DNA of 64,000 nt from Candidatus Thalassarchaeum betae (GCA_003193925.1 PSPG01000006.1:33095-97094); one strand, 5' to 3'; shown: positions 47,778 to 57,887, counted from the first letter of the stretch. Translations and numbers: made by a program. Notes: a model not told the origin generated them from the sequence alone.

Positions 47778-48512
47778 TCAGGGCAGCACTGCTCTAACAT
47801 TGGCACGCCAGTCCGCGCCACCGTTCCGATTAGCCAGTGGCGAGGCTGGCGAGGGGTGCCAGCAGCCGACGATCTCGACGGCGGTGCCTGCGAGCGCAGC
47901 CCTCGCCCGGGCCTCGGCGAACTTGCCAACGCCAATCACCCGCTCCGCGCCGAGGACTCCGACCACCTCCAGCAGGTGCTCGTCACAGCGCTCGAGCAGG
48001 GCCTGTGCTGTCGTCCCGGCGACCTTGTCCGGCGTGATGTTGGCTGCTCGGGGGCCCGAGAACAGCATCAATGGGCAGTGGTTGACGAGGAACACGTGCT
48101 CGAATATCGAGTCGGCAGTGCCGTAGTACTCAGCCAGAACCCCCCATAGGCGAGTTCCAGAGACCTCCTCGCGCGGGTGAGCGAGCCCGTTCACGGGCCT
48201 CAGAGGATGTGGATCCCGGGGCTGTCCGACCTCCAGCCCGCTGATTCCCAGCAGTTCGCGCACTACAGTGGTGGCAGCGAAAGGTATCCCCATCTGCCCC
48301 ATGCCGTGAGGCCCCGGGTTCATTCCCAGAAGTAGGGTCTTGGCTCCCCTGCCGCCGCCGCGCCGGATGAAGGCCTCGTGCGGCGCCCAAGCGTACTCGA
48401 GTGGGTTGTAGACGCTATCGACCGTGCCTTCTGCTACGAGTGCGTCCCCGAGCGGTCCGACGTCATCGCGCAGGCTCACAGCAGCACGAATCAACTGCTC
48501 TACGACCATCAT
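47778..48512 (-). CDS. Family-3 (SMUG1-type) uracil-DNA glycosylase
   Basis: YNPLEYA, GMNPGPHGM..PF, EVSG, NHCP, HPSP. Confidence 0.9.
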   Translation of the reverse strand: MMVVEQLIRAAVSLRDDVGPLGDALVAEGTVDSVYNPLEYAWAPHEAFIRRGGGRGAKTLLLGMNPGPHGMGQMGIPFAATTVVRELLGISGLEVGQPRDPHPLRPVNGLAHPREEVSGTRLWGVLAEYYGTADSIFEHVFLVNHCPLMLFSGPRAANITPDKVAGTTAQALLERCDEHLLEVVGVLGAERVIGVGKFAEARARAALAGTAVEIVGCWHPSPASPLANRNGGADWRANVRAVLP

Positions 48513-48516
48513 AACA

Positions 48517-48981
48517 CTACTGCTTGACATCGGCGACCGTGGCCCCGGAGAGCCTGAGCAGCTCATCGGGGGTGATGGGGAAGACGGTCTGGGCGGTGCC
48601 ACCTGCTCCCCAGACCAGTTCGTACTGCATCAGGTCCTCGTCCAGAAGCACGAAGACGGGCTTGGGATGACCGAATGGAGGGACTCCCCCGATCTGGTAG
48701 CCTGTGGCCTCGAGGACGTACTCCGGGGCCGCCATCCCCGGCTTGTACCCGATCGCCCGCTTCAACTTGCGTTTGCGGTCCACCCGATTGGCACCCGAGG
48801 TGATGACGATGACCGCGCCCTCCTGCCCGGCGAAGACGATCGATTTGGCGATGTGGGCGACGTCGCAGCCGAGCTGGTCCGCGGCGTCCTGGGAGGTCCG
48901 GGTGCCCTCGGCGTAGAGCCGGGCCTCAGGCGAGTACCCGAGCTTCTGGCATTCAGACAGCCACAGCTCGTGCCCGTCCAT
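48517..48981 (-). CDS. YbaK/EbsC aminoacyl-tRNA editing domain protein
   Basis: IAKSIVF, TGYQIGGVPPFGH, AGG. Confidence 0.92.
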   Translation of the reverse strand: MDGHELWLSECQKLGYSPEARLYAEGTRTSQDAADQLGCDVAHIAKSIVFAGQEGAVIVITSGANRVDRKRKLKRAIGYKPGMAAPEYVLEATGYQIGGVPPFGHPKPVFVLLDEDLMQYELVWGAGGTAQTVFPITPDELLRLSGATVADVKQ

Positions 48982-49053
48982 GACCTGCCATCGAGCCACC
49001 CGACTTCATCGTTAGGGGAGTGTAATTGAAGCGAGAAACCCCGTCGCCGCGGC

Positions 49054-49794
49054 ATGGAGTGGCTGTACGAAGGCAGCACTGTGCGCAAGACCCTGCAGGC
49101 GGCTATCGCCATCCAACTCGTCACGCTCGTCACGTGCTACGCAATCTGGGTCTACCAAGGGTGTGACCCGTTCATGCCCTTCATCTCCGACACCGACACC
49201 AACCCGGTTTCAGGAGTGCCCTTCACCATCGGCTTCAGCGTCAGCGGTCTGCTGATGGCTCTGCTCAGCTGGCAGGTGTTTCACCTCAGGTCCGACTGGA
49301 TCGCCACTAACTCCGGGGCTTCGCGCCTAGGGCTTCTGAACGCATCCTCGGCAGTCGCAGCCTTCTTCGCCGGGGTATGCACCATCTGGATTGCCTTCAC
49401 TCCGTGGAACGAGCAACTGGCCCTGCACCTCTTCCAAGCCAAGCTCATTTTCGGGGGATTCGTGCTCTGGGCCATACTGTCTACAGTGCTGGCCAGCGAG
49501 ATGGCGTCCTTGGATGCGAGATTCGAGGAAGTATACAGGCCTCGACGTCTCAGGACCGCCTTCGTGGTCGTCTGCGCTTCCCTGATGGGGCTCAGCGTGT
49601 TGCAGTACACCGGAGCATCCTTCCTCGCCTCCGCCAGCTTCGAGAGCTACCTCGAGATGGTCGAGCTCTGCACCGACCTCTCAATTCCTGAGATGTCGAG
49701 GGCGGCCCTGTTCGAGTGGGCAATGGTGCTTGGGCTAATCGCAGTGGTCGAGACCGGCCTTCACGAGGTCTCACTGCTGACATCGGACGAGTGA
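49054..49794 (+). CDS. Frag1/DRAM/Sfk1-like membrane protein
   Basis: PFISDT motif, about 6 TM helices, H in TM4, FEW near the C-terminus. Confidence 0.65.
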   Translation: MEWLYEGSTVRKTLQAAIAIQLVTLVTCYAIWVYQGCDPFMPFISDTDTNPVSGVPFTIGFSVSGLLMALLSWQVFHLRSDWIATNSGASRLGLLNASSAVAAFFAGVCTIWIAFTPWNEQLALHLFQAKLIFGGFVLWAILSTVLASEMASLDARFEEVYRPRRLRTAFVVVCASLMGLSVLQYTGASFLASASFESYLEMVELCTDLSIPEMSRAALFEWAMVLGLIAVVETGLHEVSLLTSDE

Positions 49795-49849
49795 TTGCTG
49801 CCTAGTGCCTATGCAATGTTCATGACCATAACACAGCGCGGGGTGGGCC

Positions 49850-51292
49850 ATGTGGTGGCCGATCGGGCCCTATGGCACGATGATGGCAGTGATCCTGCTT
49901 TCGACGATCCCGCTGCGGAACTTCCTCACCCGTGACGAGCCCGAGAAGCGCCTCGCGCTCTCGGAGCTGCCCGACGAGATCCGCACCAAGGGATACCGCT
50001 GGATCATAGCACTCTACGTGGTCATGTACCTCTACAAATTTTTCATCGATCACCACAACGAGCCCATCAAGGCGAGGGTCGGGGGCTACACGCACTGGAT
50101 CCACGGGTTCGAGGGCGACTTCACTCTCTGGGCGCAGGAGGCCTTCAGAAACGACCTGCTGACAGACATCCTGTCGTTCCACTACCTGTTCGTGTACCTG
50201 TTCATAATCTGGTTCTCCCCGATGTACTTCATCCTCGTTCGCGACCACGTCATGGCAGACAAGGCGGCCCTGAACTACCTCGTCATCTACCTCCTCGCCG
50301 TCCCCCTCTACCTCTTCTTCAACGTCGAGGTGACCTCCTCCTACATCCCCGGGATGGACGCGCTTTTCTACCACGACAGCTGGTATCTCGGGTTCATCAC
50401 CGACAACGACCCTACTGACAACGGAATCCCCAGCCTGCACTTCGGGCTGCCCATCGGGCTGCTAATCATCCACAGGCTGCACTGCCGCGAGCAAGGCATC
50501 GACATCCGCGAGTGGCGACATCGGGAGTTCGACCTCTTCGTACTAGCTAACTGCGTGATCTACATCTTCTCGATTCAATACCTCGGCGTACACTGGATCC
50601 TCGACATCATCCCGGGGGTCATCCTAGCCGTCGTATGCGCGCTCTTCGTCCACAAGTGGCAGCCCCGCATACGCGCGCGGCCTGAGAACGGGTGGAAGTC
50701 CCTCATCCCCGAGAAGCGCTCGTTGACCACGGCCGTGGTGTTTGCACTTCTTTGCACCTCTGCGCTGGCTATGGTGGCAGTGGATGGCTCGGGCACGGAC
50801 GAGGACATCCCGACCATGCGGATGGGCCCTGGTGACGTGAACATCGACACCGTAGAGATCCACAGCCTATGGGACCCGGTTGGCGTGGAGGTGCGCAATG
50901 TCGGCGAAGCTCCTGTCCACGTGATCATACTCGAGCGCAGTCTAGTGGTCCCCCATACTGACAATGGAGAGGTAGACTGGGATTCGGTGGTGGCGGGTTC
51001 TGCCCTTGACCCGGACTTCCAAGGCGTGGTCCTCGGTGCCGGCGAGTCCTGGGAGACCGAGGTCATGACGCCGTCAATATTCGACACAAAACTGATCCTC
51101 TGCAGAGTAGCCGGAATCGAGGATGGAGTGGGCGAGCTGCGCATCACCATGCACTACGTGGACGACGAACTCCTGTGGAGCGCCCTGCTATCGTCCCTGC
51201 CGGCCTTCCTGGTCACCGGGCTCGTCATCGACGATAGGTTGCGCCGCTCAGAGGAAGTAGTGGGCGAACAGCCCGCCGATGTACAGGCCTGA
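49850..51292 (+). CDS. PAP2-family (AUR1/IPC-synthase-like) membrane phosphotransferase with extracellular domain
   Basis: IPSLH and YLGVHWILD motifs, multiple TM segments. Confidence 0.8.
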   Translation: MWWPIGPYGTMMAVILLSTIPLRNFLTRDEPEKRLALSELPDEIRTKGYRWIIALYVVMYLYKFFIDHHNEPIKARVGGYTHWIHGFEGDFTLWAQEAFRNDLLTDILSFHYLFVYLFIIWFSPMYFILVRDHVMADKAALNYLVIYLLAVPLYLFFNVEVTSSYIPGMDALFYHDSWYLGFITDNDPTDNGIPSLHFGLPIGLLIIHRLHCREQGIDIREWRHREFDLFVLANCVIYIFSIQYLGVHWILDIIPGVILAVVCALFVHKWQPRIRARPENGWKSLIPEKRSLTTAVVFALLCTSALAMVAVDGSGTDEDIPTMRMGPGDVNIDTVEIHSLWDPVGVEVRNVGEAPVHVIILERSLVVPHTDNGEVDWDSVVAGSALDPDFQGVVLGAGESWETEVMTPSIFDTKLILCRVAGIEDGVGELRITMHYVDDELLWSALLSSLPAFLVTGLVIDDRLRRSEEVVGEQPADVQA

Positions 51293-51655
51293 GACTGCGC
51301 CCAGTCCCAACCAGGTACCGATCCGGAACGCCGGGTAGTTGTACTTCCAGACATAGGCAGACTGGAACAGCCAGAAGAGGATCACCGGGACGAACCAGAC
51401 GAAGAAAATCAGTTGCGGCAGGAAGGCGACGAGCATCCCGACGTTGACCCCCGCGATCAGCTCCATGCTGCCCCCGATCTGCTTGGGAGCGTAGTAGAGC
51501 AGCATGCTCGCGAGAACCAGTCCTGCGAACGGAGTGCCCAGTTCCCAGTCGAACAGCATCGGCACCCCGTCGACTATCTGAGTGATACAGGCGAGGGCGA
51601 ATCCGAGCAGGCTCGGTAGCACTACGGGCCACAGCGGCGGCTCCTCCCACTTCAC
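51248..51655 (-). CDS. Hypothetical membrane protein
   Basis: About 4 TM segments; start uncertain. Confidence 0.6.
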   Translation of the reverse strand: MKWEEPPLWPVVLPSLLGFALACITQIVDGVPMLFDWELGTPFAGLVLASMLLYYAPKQIGGSMELIAGVNVGMLVAFLPQLIFFVWFVPVILFWLFQSAYVWKYNYPAFRIGTWLGLGAVSGLYIGGLFAHYFL

Positions 51656-51738
51656 AGCGATGCGGCTATTGCACCCCCAAATGAAGGCTGCGAGGTACTC
51701 CGGAAGGTTTTCTTTAGATTTCTTCACCTCGGGATAAC

Positions 51739-52644
51739 ATGGCAAAGGGAGGAATCGTGCTTGGATGCCTTGCACCCCACCCTCCTCATGTGGTGTACGC
51801 GGAGAGCCCCCCCCAGAATGAGCCGTTCGCTGAGGGCGGCTGGGAGACCCTGCGCTGGGGCTACCACAGACTGGCCCGCAAGCTGAAGGGCATAGACTAC
51901 GACTGCATCGTCGTCCTAACCCCGCACTGGCAGACCTACGTGGGAACCCACTTCCTCGGTCTCGAGCGCTTCAAGAACATCAGTGTCGACCCGGTCTTCC
52001 CCAATCTGTTCAGGTTCCACCACGACATACAGGTCGACGTCGAACTGGCTGAGGCGATGCACGATTCGGCTGCCGAGTCGGGAATCATCACCAAGATGAT
52101 GCGCAACCCGGACTTCAGGGTGGACTACGGCACCATAGTCAGCTGCCACATGCTCAATCCAGACTGGGACAAGCCGATTGTCACAATCAGCTCCAACAGG
52201 TCCACGCACTACTACAGTAACGAGGTGATGAACGAGCAGGCAGCCGCACTGGGCGAGGCCGCGATGAAGGCGATCGAGGCCAGCGGCAAGAAGGTCGTCC
52301 TCGTCGCCAGCCACTCGCTGTCGCACCGCCACTTCGTGACCGAGGCCCCACTGCCCGAGGACATGAGCAGAGAGCACATCTACAATCACAGCCAGTACGT
52401 CTGGGACATGAAACTCGTGCAGATGATGCGCGAGGGCAAGATGAGGGAGGTCATCGACATCCTGCCCGAGATGATCGAGCAGACCATGGCCGAGGCAGAG
52501 GGCGGCGGACTCAGCTGGATGATGGCTGCGATGGGCTACCCCGACTACCCTGCTGAGATCTACGGCTACCAGTCCGTCATCGGCACGGGAAACGCCATCG
52601 CGGCATGGGACCCGAATGCTGCGACGCGCGAATTGGTTCTCTGA
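51739..52644 (+). CDS. amnB: 2-aminophenol 1,6-dioxygenase beta subunit-like (LigB class)
   Basis: APHPPHVVYAESPPQNEP..GGWE.LRW, PHW, FRVDYGT, SHSLSHRH match AmnB/CnbCb. Confidence 0.88.
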   Translation: MAKGGIVLGCLAPHPPHVVYAESPPQNEPFAEGGWETLRWGYHRLARKLKGIDYDCIVVLTPHWQTYVGTHFLGLERFKNISVDPVFPNLFRFHHDIQVDVELAEAMHDSAAESGIITKMMRNPDFRVDYGTIVSCHMLNPDWDKPIVTISSNRSTHYYSNEVMNEQAAALGEAAMKAIEASGKKVVLVASHSLSHRHFVTEAPLPEDMSREHIYNHSQYVWDMKLVQMMREGKMREVIDILPEMIEQTMAEAEGGGLSWMMAAMGYPDYPAEIYGYQSVIGTGNAIAAWDPNAATRELVL

Positions 52645-52653
52645 GGTGATCGA

Positions 52654-53580
52654 ATGAGCGAGGAGCCTGACATCGTACTCGGATTCTACGTGCCCCCGCA
52701 CCCTCACCCGCTGCTTGCGCACGAGCAGAACGAGGGCTGGGGCAGGTTGCGCGAGGCCTTCGACACATGCCGCCAGAGAATCGAGGAGAGTGGGGCCGAC
52801 CTGATGCTGATCTACTCGACCGTCTGGCCCAGCATCGTCGGTCACCAGATCCAGGCACACCCGAAGCCGGTGTTCACTCATGTCGACGACGACTTCCACT
52901 TCCTCGGAAGCATGCCGTACGAATTCAGCATGGACTCCGAGTACGCTGAGAAGTTCAAGGACGCGTGCGAGGCGCGTGGCCTGCACGCGCGCACCGTGGC
53001 CTACGACGGCTTCCCAATCGACACCGGCTCGGTGGTCGCACTCAAACTGCTCAACCCCGACAACCGCATCCCGGCGTGCATAGTCTCCAGCAACGTCTAC
53101 TCCAATCGGGCCGAGCAGATAGTCCTGGGCAAGGCGGCCCGCGACGCGATGTCCGAGTTGGGCAAGAAGGTCGTAGTGGTGGTGGTGGCGAGCCTGTCAA
53201 ACCGCATGTTCACCGAGCACATAGACCCTGCCGATGATAGGATCCACAGCGCCAAGGACGACGAGTGGAACCGCAAGATCCTCGAGTTCTTCGCCGACGG
53301 CAGGCTGGAGGACATCAGCCAGCTGAGCCGCGACATCCACGGTCAGATCAGGGTCAACAAGGTAGTCGCCTACAAGCCTGCGTGGTGGATGGCCGCCACT
53401 ATGGGGCAGCACAACAACTACACCGGCGAGGTGCTGGCCTACGAGGCCCTGCACGGAGCCGGCGGGGCGGTGATACAACTCACCCCCGCCAAGGGCGGTG
53501 TGGGCGACAAGGAGTTCGATGAGGACGATGTGGAGTACTACCACGGCGACCGCAGCGTGCTGGACAAGGGGATGCTGTGA
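52654..53580 (+). CDS. amnA: 2-aminophenol 1,6-dioxygenase alpha subunit-like
   Basis: Same fold as AmnB; YSTVW replaces PHW; YDGFPIDTG; adjacent to the beta gene. Confidence 0.8.
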   Translation: MSEEPDIVLGFYVPPHPHPLLAHEQNEGWGRLREAFDTCRQRIEESGADLMLIYSTVWPSIVGHQIQAHPKPVFTHVDDDFHFLGSMPYEFSMDSEYAEKFKDACEARGLHARTVAYDGFPIDTGSVVALKLLNPDNRIPACIVSSNVYSNRAEQIVLGKAARDAMSELGKKVVVVVVASLSNRMFTEHIDPADDRIHSAKDDEWNRKILEFFADGRLEDISQLSRDIHGQIRVNKVVAYKPAWWMAATMGQHNNYTGEVLAYEALHGAGGAVIQLTPAKGGVGDKEFDEDDVEYYHGDRSVLDKGML

Positions 53581-54191
53581 TGCCTCGCGACAAGCATCCG
53601 GAGCCTGATGAAGAGGATAGCATCGTCGAGGAGATTTACGACGAGATCGGCGAGAGCGTGATAGGCAAGGGCGCCGAGGTCATCGGGGCAGCCGCCGGTC
53701 TGGTTGTCGGAGGCCCTTTGGGGGCTTTGATAGGAGGGGTCGCCGGCAAGAGAGCCGCGAGCAAGCTGTTGGGCGACGACGGGCCGTTCATCACCGAGGA
53801 AGGCCCCTCTGCAGTGGGTGCGTACCCGCACTTGTACAAGGCCGGCAAACTGCTGTTTCTCAGCGGCATGGGACCGCGCACCCCCGACACCAACGAGATT
53901 CCCGGAGGGCCCGTCAGAGACGCTGATGGCAACCCGCTGGACTACGACATCCAAGCCCAGACTCACTCGGTCATCAACAACGTCCGCGTGATCCTCGAAG
54001 CGCATGGATCAAGCTTGGAGGACGTGGTCGACGTGCTGGTCTTCCTCGTCGATATGGAGCGCGATTTCCCCGGCTACAACGAGGTCTACTCGCACTACTT
54101 CGCAGACATCCTGCCGGCGCGCACCACCGTGGCAGTGGAGGCTCTGCCCACTGCCATAGCCATCGAGCTGAAGGTCATCGCCAAGGCCTAG
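53577..54191 (+). CDS. RidA-family protein, probable 2-aminomuconate deaminase, with N-terminal glycine-zipper extension
   Basis: VGAYPH, FLSGMGPR, PARTTV, IELKVIA; overlaps the amnA stop codon. Confidence 0.85.
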   Translation: MMPRDKHPEPDEEDSIVEEIYDEIGESVIGKGAEVIGAAAGLVVGGPLGALIGGVAGKRAASKLLGDDGPFITEEGPSAVGAYPHLYKAGKLLFLSGMGPRTPDTNEIPGGPVRDADGNPLDYDIQAQTHSVINNVRVILEAHGSSLEDVVDVLVFLVDMERDFPGYNEVYSHYFADILPARTTVAVEALPTAIAIELKVIAKA

Positions 54192-55216
54192 TCACCTATC
54201 CATTCGATGTCCTCGGATGCGCACCAGGTCGGTGCGGTCAGCGGGTTGCAGCGGCTGGGCGTGCCGTTGGGTATGGCTATCCAGTAGTCCATCCCCTCGA
54301 CAGGCCCGGGATAGTCCGTCGAGATGCTGTGCGCGCCGGACGCGAGAGCGGCCTCGAAGCGCGCGGTGTCGTTGTTGTCGGCCTCCCCGCCGCCGCTATC
54401 GGCCCGGGTGCGGACGATGTAGCCCTCGCTGACCAGCCGGGCGATGTCCTCGCCGCTGCCTACGGGATCGGTCAGCGAGAAGATGGACGCCTCGCTGCTC
54501 CCCTCAGGGGACAGCGTGAACATCAGTGCACCGACGAGTCCGGGGTGCTCTTCGAGGTAGAGGTCGCGCATATCTCCGCCTGCGAGCAGGACGAAGATCG
54601 CCTTGCCCCGGCTCTCCTCGAGCAGCGGCCAGCCGTCGTTGAGAATTCCCTCGCTGAGGGTAGGCCACTCGCCGCGCACGTCATCGGGGGTGATGGTGAG
54701 GTTGCGCGGCCAGAACTCGGCGATTTCGTCCTCGATGTCCTGCAGCAGGCCCGAGAGCTCCACGGTGGTGGTGATGTCGACCGCCTGCTCGGGCCAGTCC
54801 TTGGGTTCGACCCAGATCATCAACGGGTGGTGCTGGTCGTTGGCCTCAGACCAGGCCAGCAGGGTGCTCAGGCAGTCCTCGAAGGTCGGACAGGTGGTGC
54901 CCGAATCGTACTGGTTGTGGTAGACCCGCAGACCCTCGCGCACGTCCCACCAGACATCGATCTCGAACTGCCTGACGCCTAGGTCAGCGGCCTGGACGTC
55001 CAGCGGCTCGTGGGTGTAGACGTATTCACGGGTCGGCGAGACCAGCGGCTCGATGTGGTACGAGTTGTGGGTCCCCTCCATCTGGATGTGGTTGAGTCTC
55101 AGCGGCTCTTTCTCCTCGTCCTCACCGAACAGGCCCCCGCTGCCGCCGAGGCCGAAGCACCCGCTCAGCGGAGCCGCCATCAGCATGACTGCCAGTATGC
55201 CGTTCAAGAGCCTCAT
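54188..55216 (-). CDS. Secreted/lipoprotein PI-PLC-like phosphodiesterase
   Basis: Signal peptide with LSGC, GTHNSYH, GVRQFEID, VRTRAD, ISTDYP. Confidence 0.82.
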   Translation of the reverse strand: MRLLNGILAVMLMAAPLSGCFGLGGSGGLFGEDEEKEPLRLNHIQMEGTHNSYHIEPLVSPTREYVYTHEPLDVQAADLGVRQFEIDVWWDVREGLRVYHNQYDSGTTCPTFEDCLSTLLAWSEANDQHHPLMIWVEPKDWPEQAVDITTTVELSGLLQDIEDEIAEFWPRNLTITPDDVRGEWPTLSEGILNDGWPLLEESRGKAIFVLLAGGDMRDLYLEEHPGLVGALMFTLSPEGSSEASIFSLTDPVGSGEDIARLVSEGYIVRTRADSGGGEADNNDTARFEAALASGAHSISTDYPGPVEGMDYWIAIPNGTPSRCNPLTAPTWCASEDIEWIGD

Positions 55217-55296
55217 TTTCAATCTCCCAGAGGGAGCGTCGACAAAGAAGGATTCGGCGGGAGAACCTTCAACAACGGCCGAGATTCGGCTAAACC

Positions 55297-56949
55297 ATGA
55301 GGCCATTAGATCCGAAAGACCTCGTTGGCATCGTCCTTACGCCCATGGAAATCGTTTCCGACACACTGGAGCGCAAGTTGGGGCTCTTCTCGGTGGTCAT
55401 CATCTCGCTGTCGGCGATGATAGGCAGCGGACTTTTCGTCCTTCCGTCTCTGGCCTACGCGATGGTCGGAGGAGGGGTCTGGCTGGCCTTCGTACTCGCA
55501 GCGCTCGTAGTTATCCCCGGGGCGATGAGCCAGAGCGAGCTGGCCTCGGCCATGCCGACCTCGGGGGGATCCTTCGTCTTCATCGAGCGAACCTTCGGGC
55601 CCATGATCGGGACCATGGCCGGCCTCGGACTTTGGGCCTCCTTCCTGCTCAAGGCCGCCTTCGCGCTAATCGGCTTCTCCGCCTATCTGATGTTCGTACA
55701 GGGGGATCTGGGGACCGATATCACCGCCATTCAGGCGGCCCTCGGCATGCTGGCTCTCATCGCCATCATCAACATCCTCGGCATGAAGAGGATAAAGTCC
55801 ATCCAGACGCCTATCGTCGCCCTGACTATCCTCATGCTGGTCGGCCTGACCATCTGGGCGATCGCCAGCGGTGAGGCAGACTACTCGAGGGCCCGGCCTG
55901 TGCTGCAGACCACGAGCGACTGGACGATGATGGGGGAGACCACCGCCTTCGTGCTCATCTCCTACGCTGGAGTGGCCAAAGTAGCGGCTATAGGCGGGGA
56001 GATCAAGGATCCCGGCAGGAACCTGCCCGGGGGCATCATGACCTCCCTCGCAATAGGCGCAGTGCTCTATGCCGCCCTCGTCGCGACCATGGTGGCCGTA
56101 ATCCCAGACGAGGCATTCTACGGCGCGGATGGACATGCCATAGAGGACCCGGTCCGCGCCTTCGCCGAAGCGATAGGCGGGCACTATGTGGCCCTCTTCG
56201 CCGCGGTGGTTGCGGTCCTGACCATGACATCGATGGCTCTGGCGGGCATCCTCGCTGCCTCGCGCTACCTGTTCGCTATGTCCCGGGACAGCCTGCTGCC
56301 TCAATCCCTGGAGGATCTGCACCCCAAGTACGACACACCCCACATCGCGATTGGCCTCACCGCACTGGCAATGGCCACAGCACTCGTCACCATAGACGTC
56401 CACCAAGTCGCCGAGTACGCCTCGGGCTTCCAGATCATGGTGTACGTCCTGATGTGCCTGTCCGTCCTTGTCCTGAGGAAGGCCTCGCCCTCGCATGCAT
56501 GGTACCTGCCCGAGTATGACGCTCCTTTCCGCCCCTTGCTGCAGTTATTCGGAATCGTGTCAGGAGTGACCCTTCTCTGGTTCATGGGCTCCGAGGCCCT
56601 GATTGGTGCGGTTTCCGCGGCCGCCCTCGGAGCGCTGATCTACCAGATCTACGGCAAGAGGCACCTCAGCCACAAGATCTCGCCGTGGGAGACTTTCAGG
56701 TTGATGTCCTCCGACCCCTACCGGGCCGAGTCCCGCCGACGCTCCGCCGCCTTCTTCTCGGCGGACACCTGGGGCAACAATCTGCTGACTCTCAGGCAGT
56801 TCACTTCCTGCGTCGAGGCTCTGGGCATGGAATACGAGGACCCAGACACGCTGCGCGATTACTTCCACGCAGCCGACGAGAACGGTGACGGCCTGATTCA
56901 CATAGACCAGTTCCTGATGGCTCTCGAAGCAATGGCTTCCGAGGACTGA
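55297..56949 (+). CDS. APC-family amino-acid permease with C-terminal EF-hand pair
   Basis: MIGSGLF, ELASAMP.SGG, EIKDP, SRYLFAMSRD; C-terminal DENGDGLIHIDQF. Confidence 0.9.
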   Translation: MRPLDPKDLVGIVLTPMEIVSDTLERKLGLFSVVIISLSAMIGSGLFVLPSLAYAMVGGGVWLAFVLAALVVIPGAMSQSELASAMPTSGGSFVFIERTFGPMIGTMAGLGLWASFLLKAAFALIGFSAYLMFVQGDLGTDITAIQAALGMLALIAIINILGMKRIKSIQTPIVALTILMLVGLTIWAIASGEADYSRARPVLQTTSDWTMMGETTAFVLISYAGVAKVAAIGGEIKDPGRNLPGGIMTSLAIGAVLYAALVATMVAVIPDEAFYGADGHAIEDPVRAFAEAIGGHYVALFAAVVAVLTMTSMALAGILAASRYLFAMSRDSLLPQSLEDLHPKYDTPHIAIGLTALAMATALVTIDVHQVAEYASGFQIMVYVLMCLSVLVLRKASPSHAWYLPEYDAPFRPLLQLFGIVSGVTLLWFMGSEALIGAVSAAALGALIYQIYGKRHLSHKISPWETFRLMSSDPYRAESRRRSAAFFSADTWGNNLLTLRQFTSCVEALGMEYEDPDTLRDYFHAADENGDGLIHIDQFLMALEAMASED

Positions 56950-56961
56950 GAACGCAGGCGT

Positions 56962-57822
56962 GTGGTTGAAGGCGTCAATCGCGCTCGGTACACTCCCGGA
57001 GGGAGTGCCACGGTTTCCAGTCGAGCGAAGAAGGTCACCACCCAGACGCTTCAGAAGATGAAGCAGGCTGGCGAGAAGATCGCCATGCTGACATCGTACG
57101 ACTACTCGCTGGCACGCCTCGTCGACGGCGCTGGAATCGACGTCATCCTAGTTGGCGACTCTGCCTCCAATGTGATGGCCGGAAACGAGACCACGGTGCC
57201 GATCACCCTCGACCAGATGATCTACCACGCCCAGTGTGTGGTAAATGGGGTCGACAGGGCCCTAGTCGTCGTCGATATGCCGTTCGGCTCCTACCAAGGC
57301 GACTCCAAGACCGCGCTCGACTCGGCGATCCGCATCATGAAGGAGTCCGGAGGCCACGCGGTGAAGCTCGAGGGCGGCTCCGAGGTCTGCGAATCGGTCG
57401 AGCGGATCGTCAACGCGGGAATCCCCGTGATGGGACACCTCGGGCTGACGCCGCAGTCGATCTACAAGTTCGGCACCTACACCGTCCGGGCCAAGGAGGA
57501 CGCCGAGGCTGCCAAGCTGATGGAGGACGCCAAGGCGCTCGAGGAGGCGGGCTGCTTCTCGGTGGTCCTCGAGAAGATACCCGCTGAGCTGGCCAAGCAG
57601 GCCAGCGAGTCGCTGAACATCCCGACCATCGGCATTGGAGCCGGCGCTGATTGCGACGGGCAGGTCCTCGTGCTGCACGACATGCTCGGCATCACCAAGG
57701 ACTTCTCACCGAGGTTCCTGAGGAGGTACGCCGAGATCGGCGACACGGTCGAGGCCGCTGTAAAGCGGTACGTCGAGGACGTCCGCAGCGTAGAATTCCC
57801 GAACGAGGAAGAGAGGTACTGA
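56962..57822 (+). CDS. panB: Ketopantoate hydroxymethyltransferase
   Basis: [38 protein letters not shown]; start uncertain. Confidence 0.95.
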   Translation: MVEGVNRARYTPGGSATVSSRAKKVTTQTLQKMKQAGEKIAMLTSYDYSLARLVDGAGIDVILVGDSASNVMAGNETTVPITLDQMIYHAQCVVNGVDRALVVVDMPFGSYQGDSKTALDSAIRIMKESGGHAVKLEGGSEVCESVERIVNAGIPVMGHLGLTPQSIYKFGTYTVRAKEDAEAAKLMEDAKALEEAGCFSVVLEKIPAELAKQASESLNIPTIGIGAGADCDGQVLVLHDMLGITKDFSPRFLRRYAEIGDTVEAAVKRYVEDVRSVEFPNEEERY

Positions 57823-57887
57823 GCAGGGGCGCGCCGCGCCGCCCCCAACATTCATGGACGCCCGCATCTGGATGAGGAAGGACTGTC

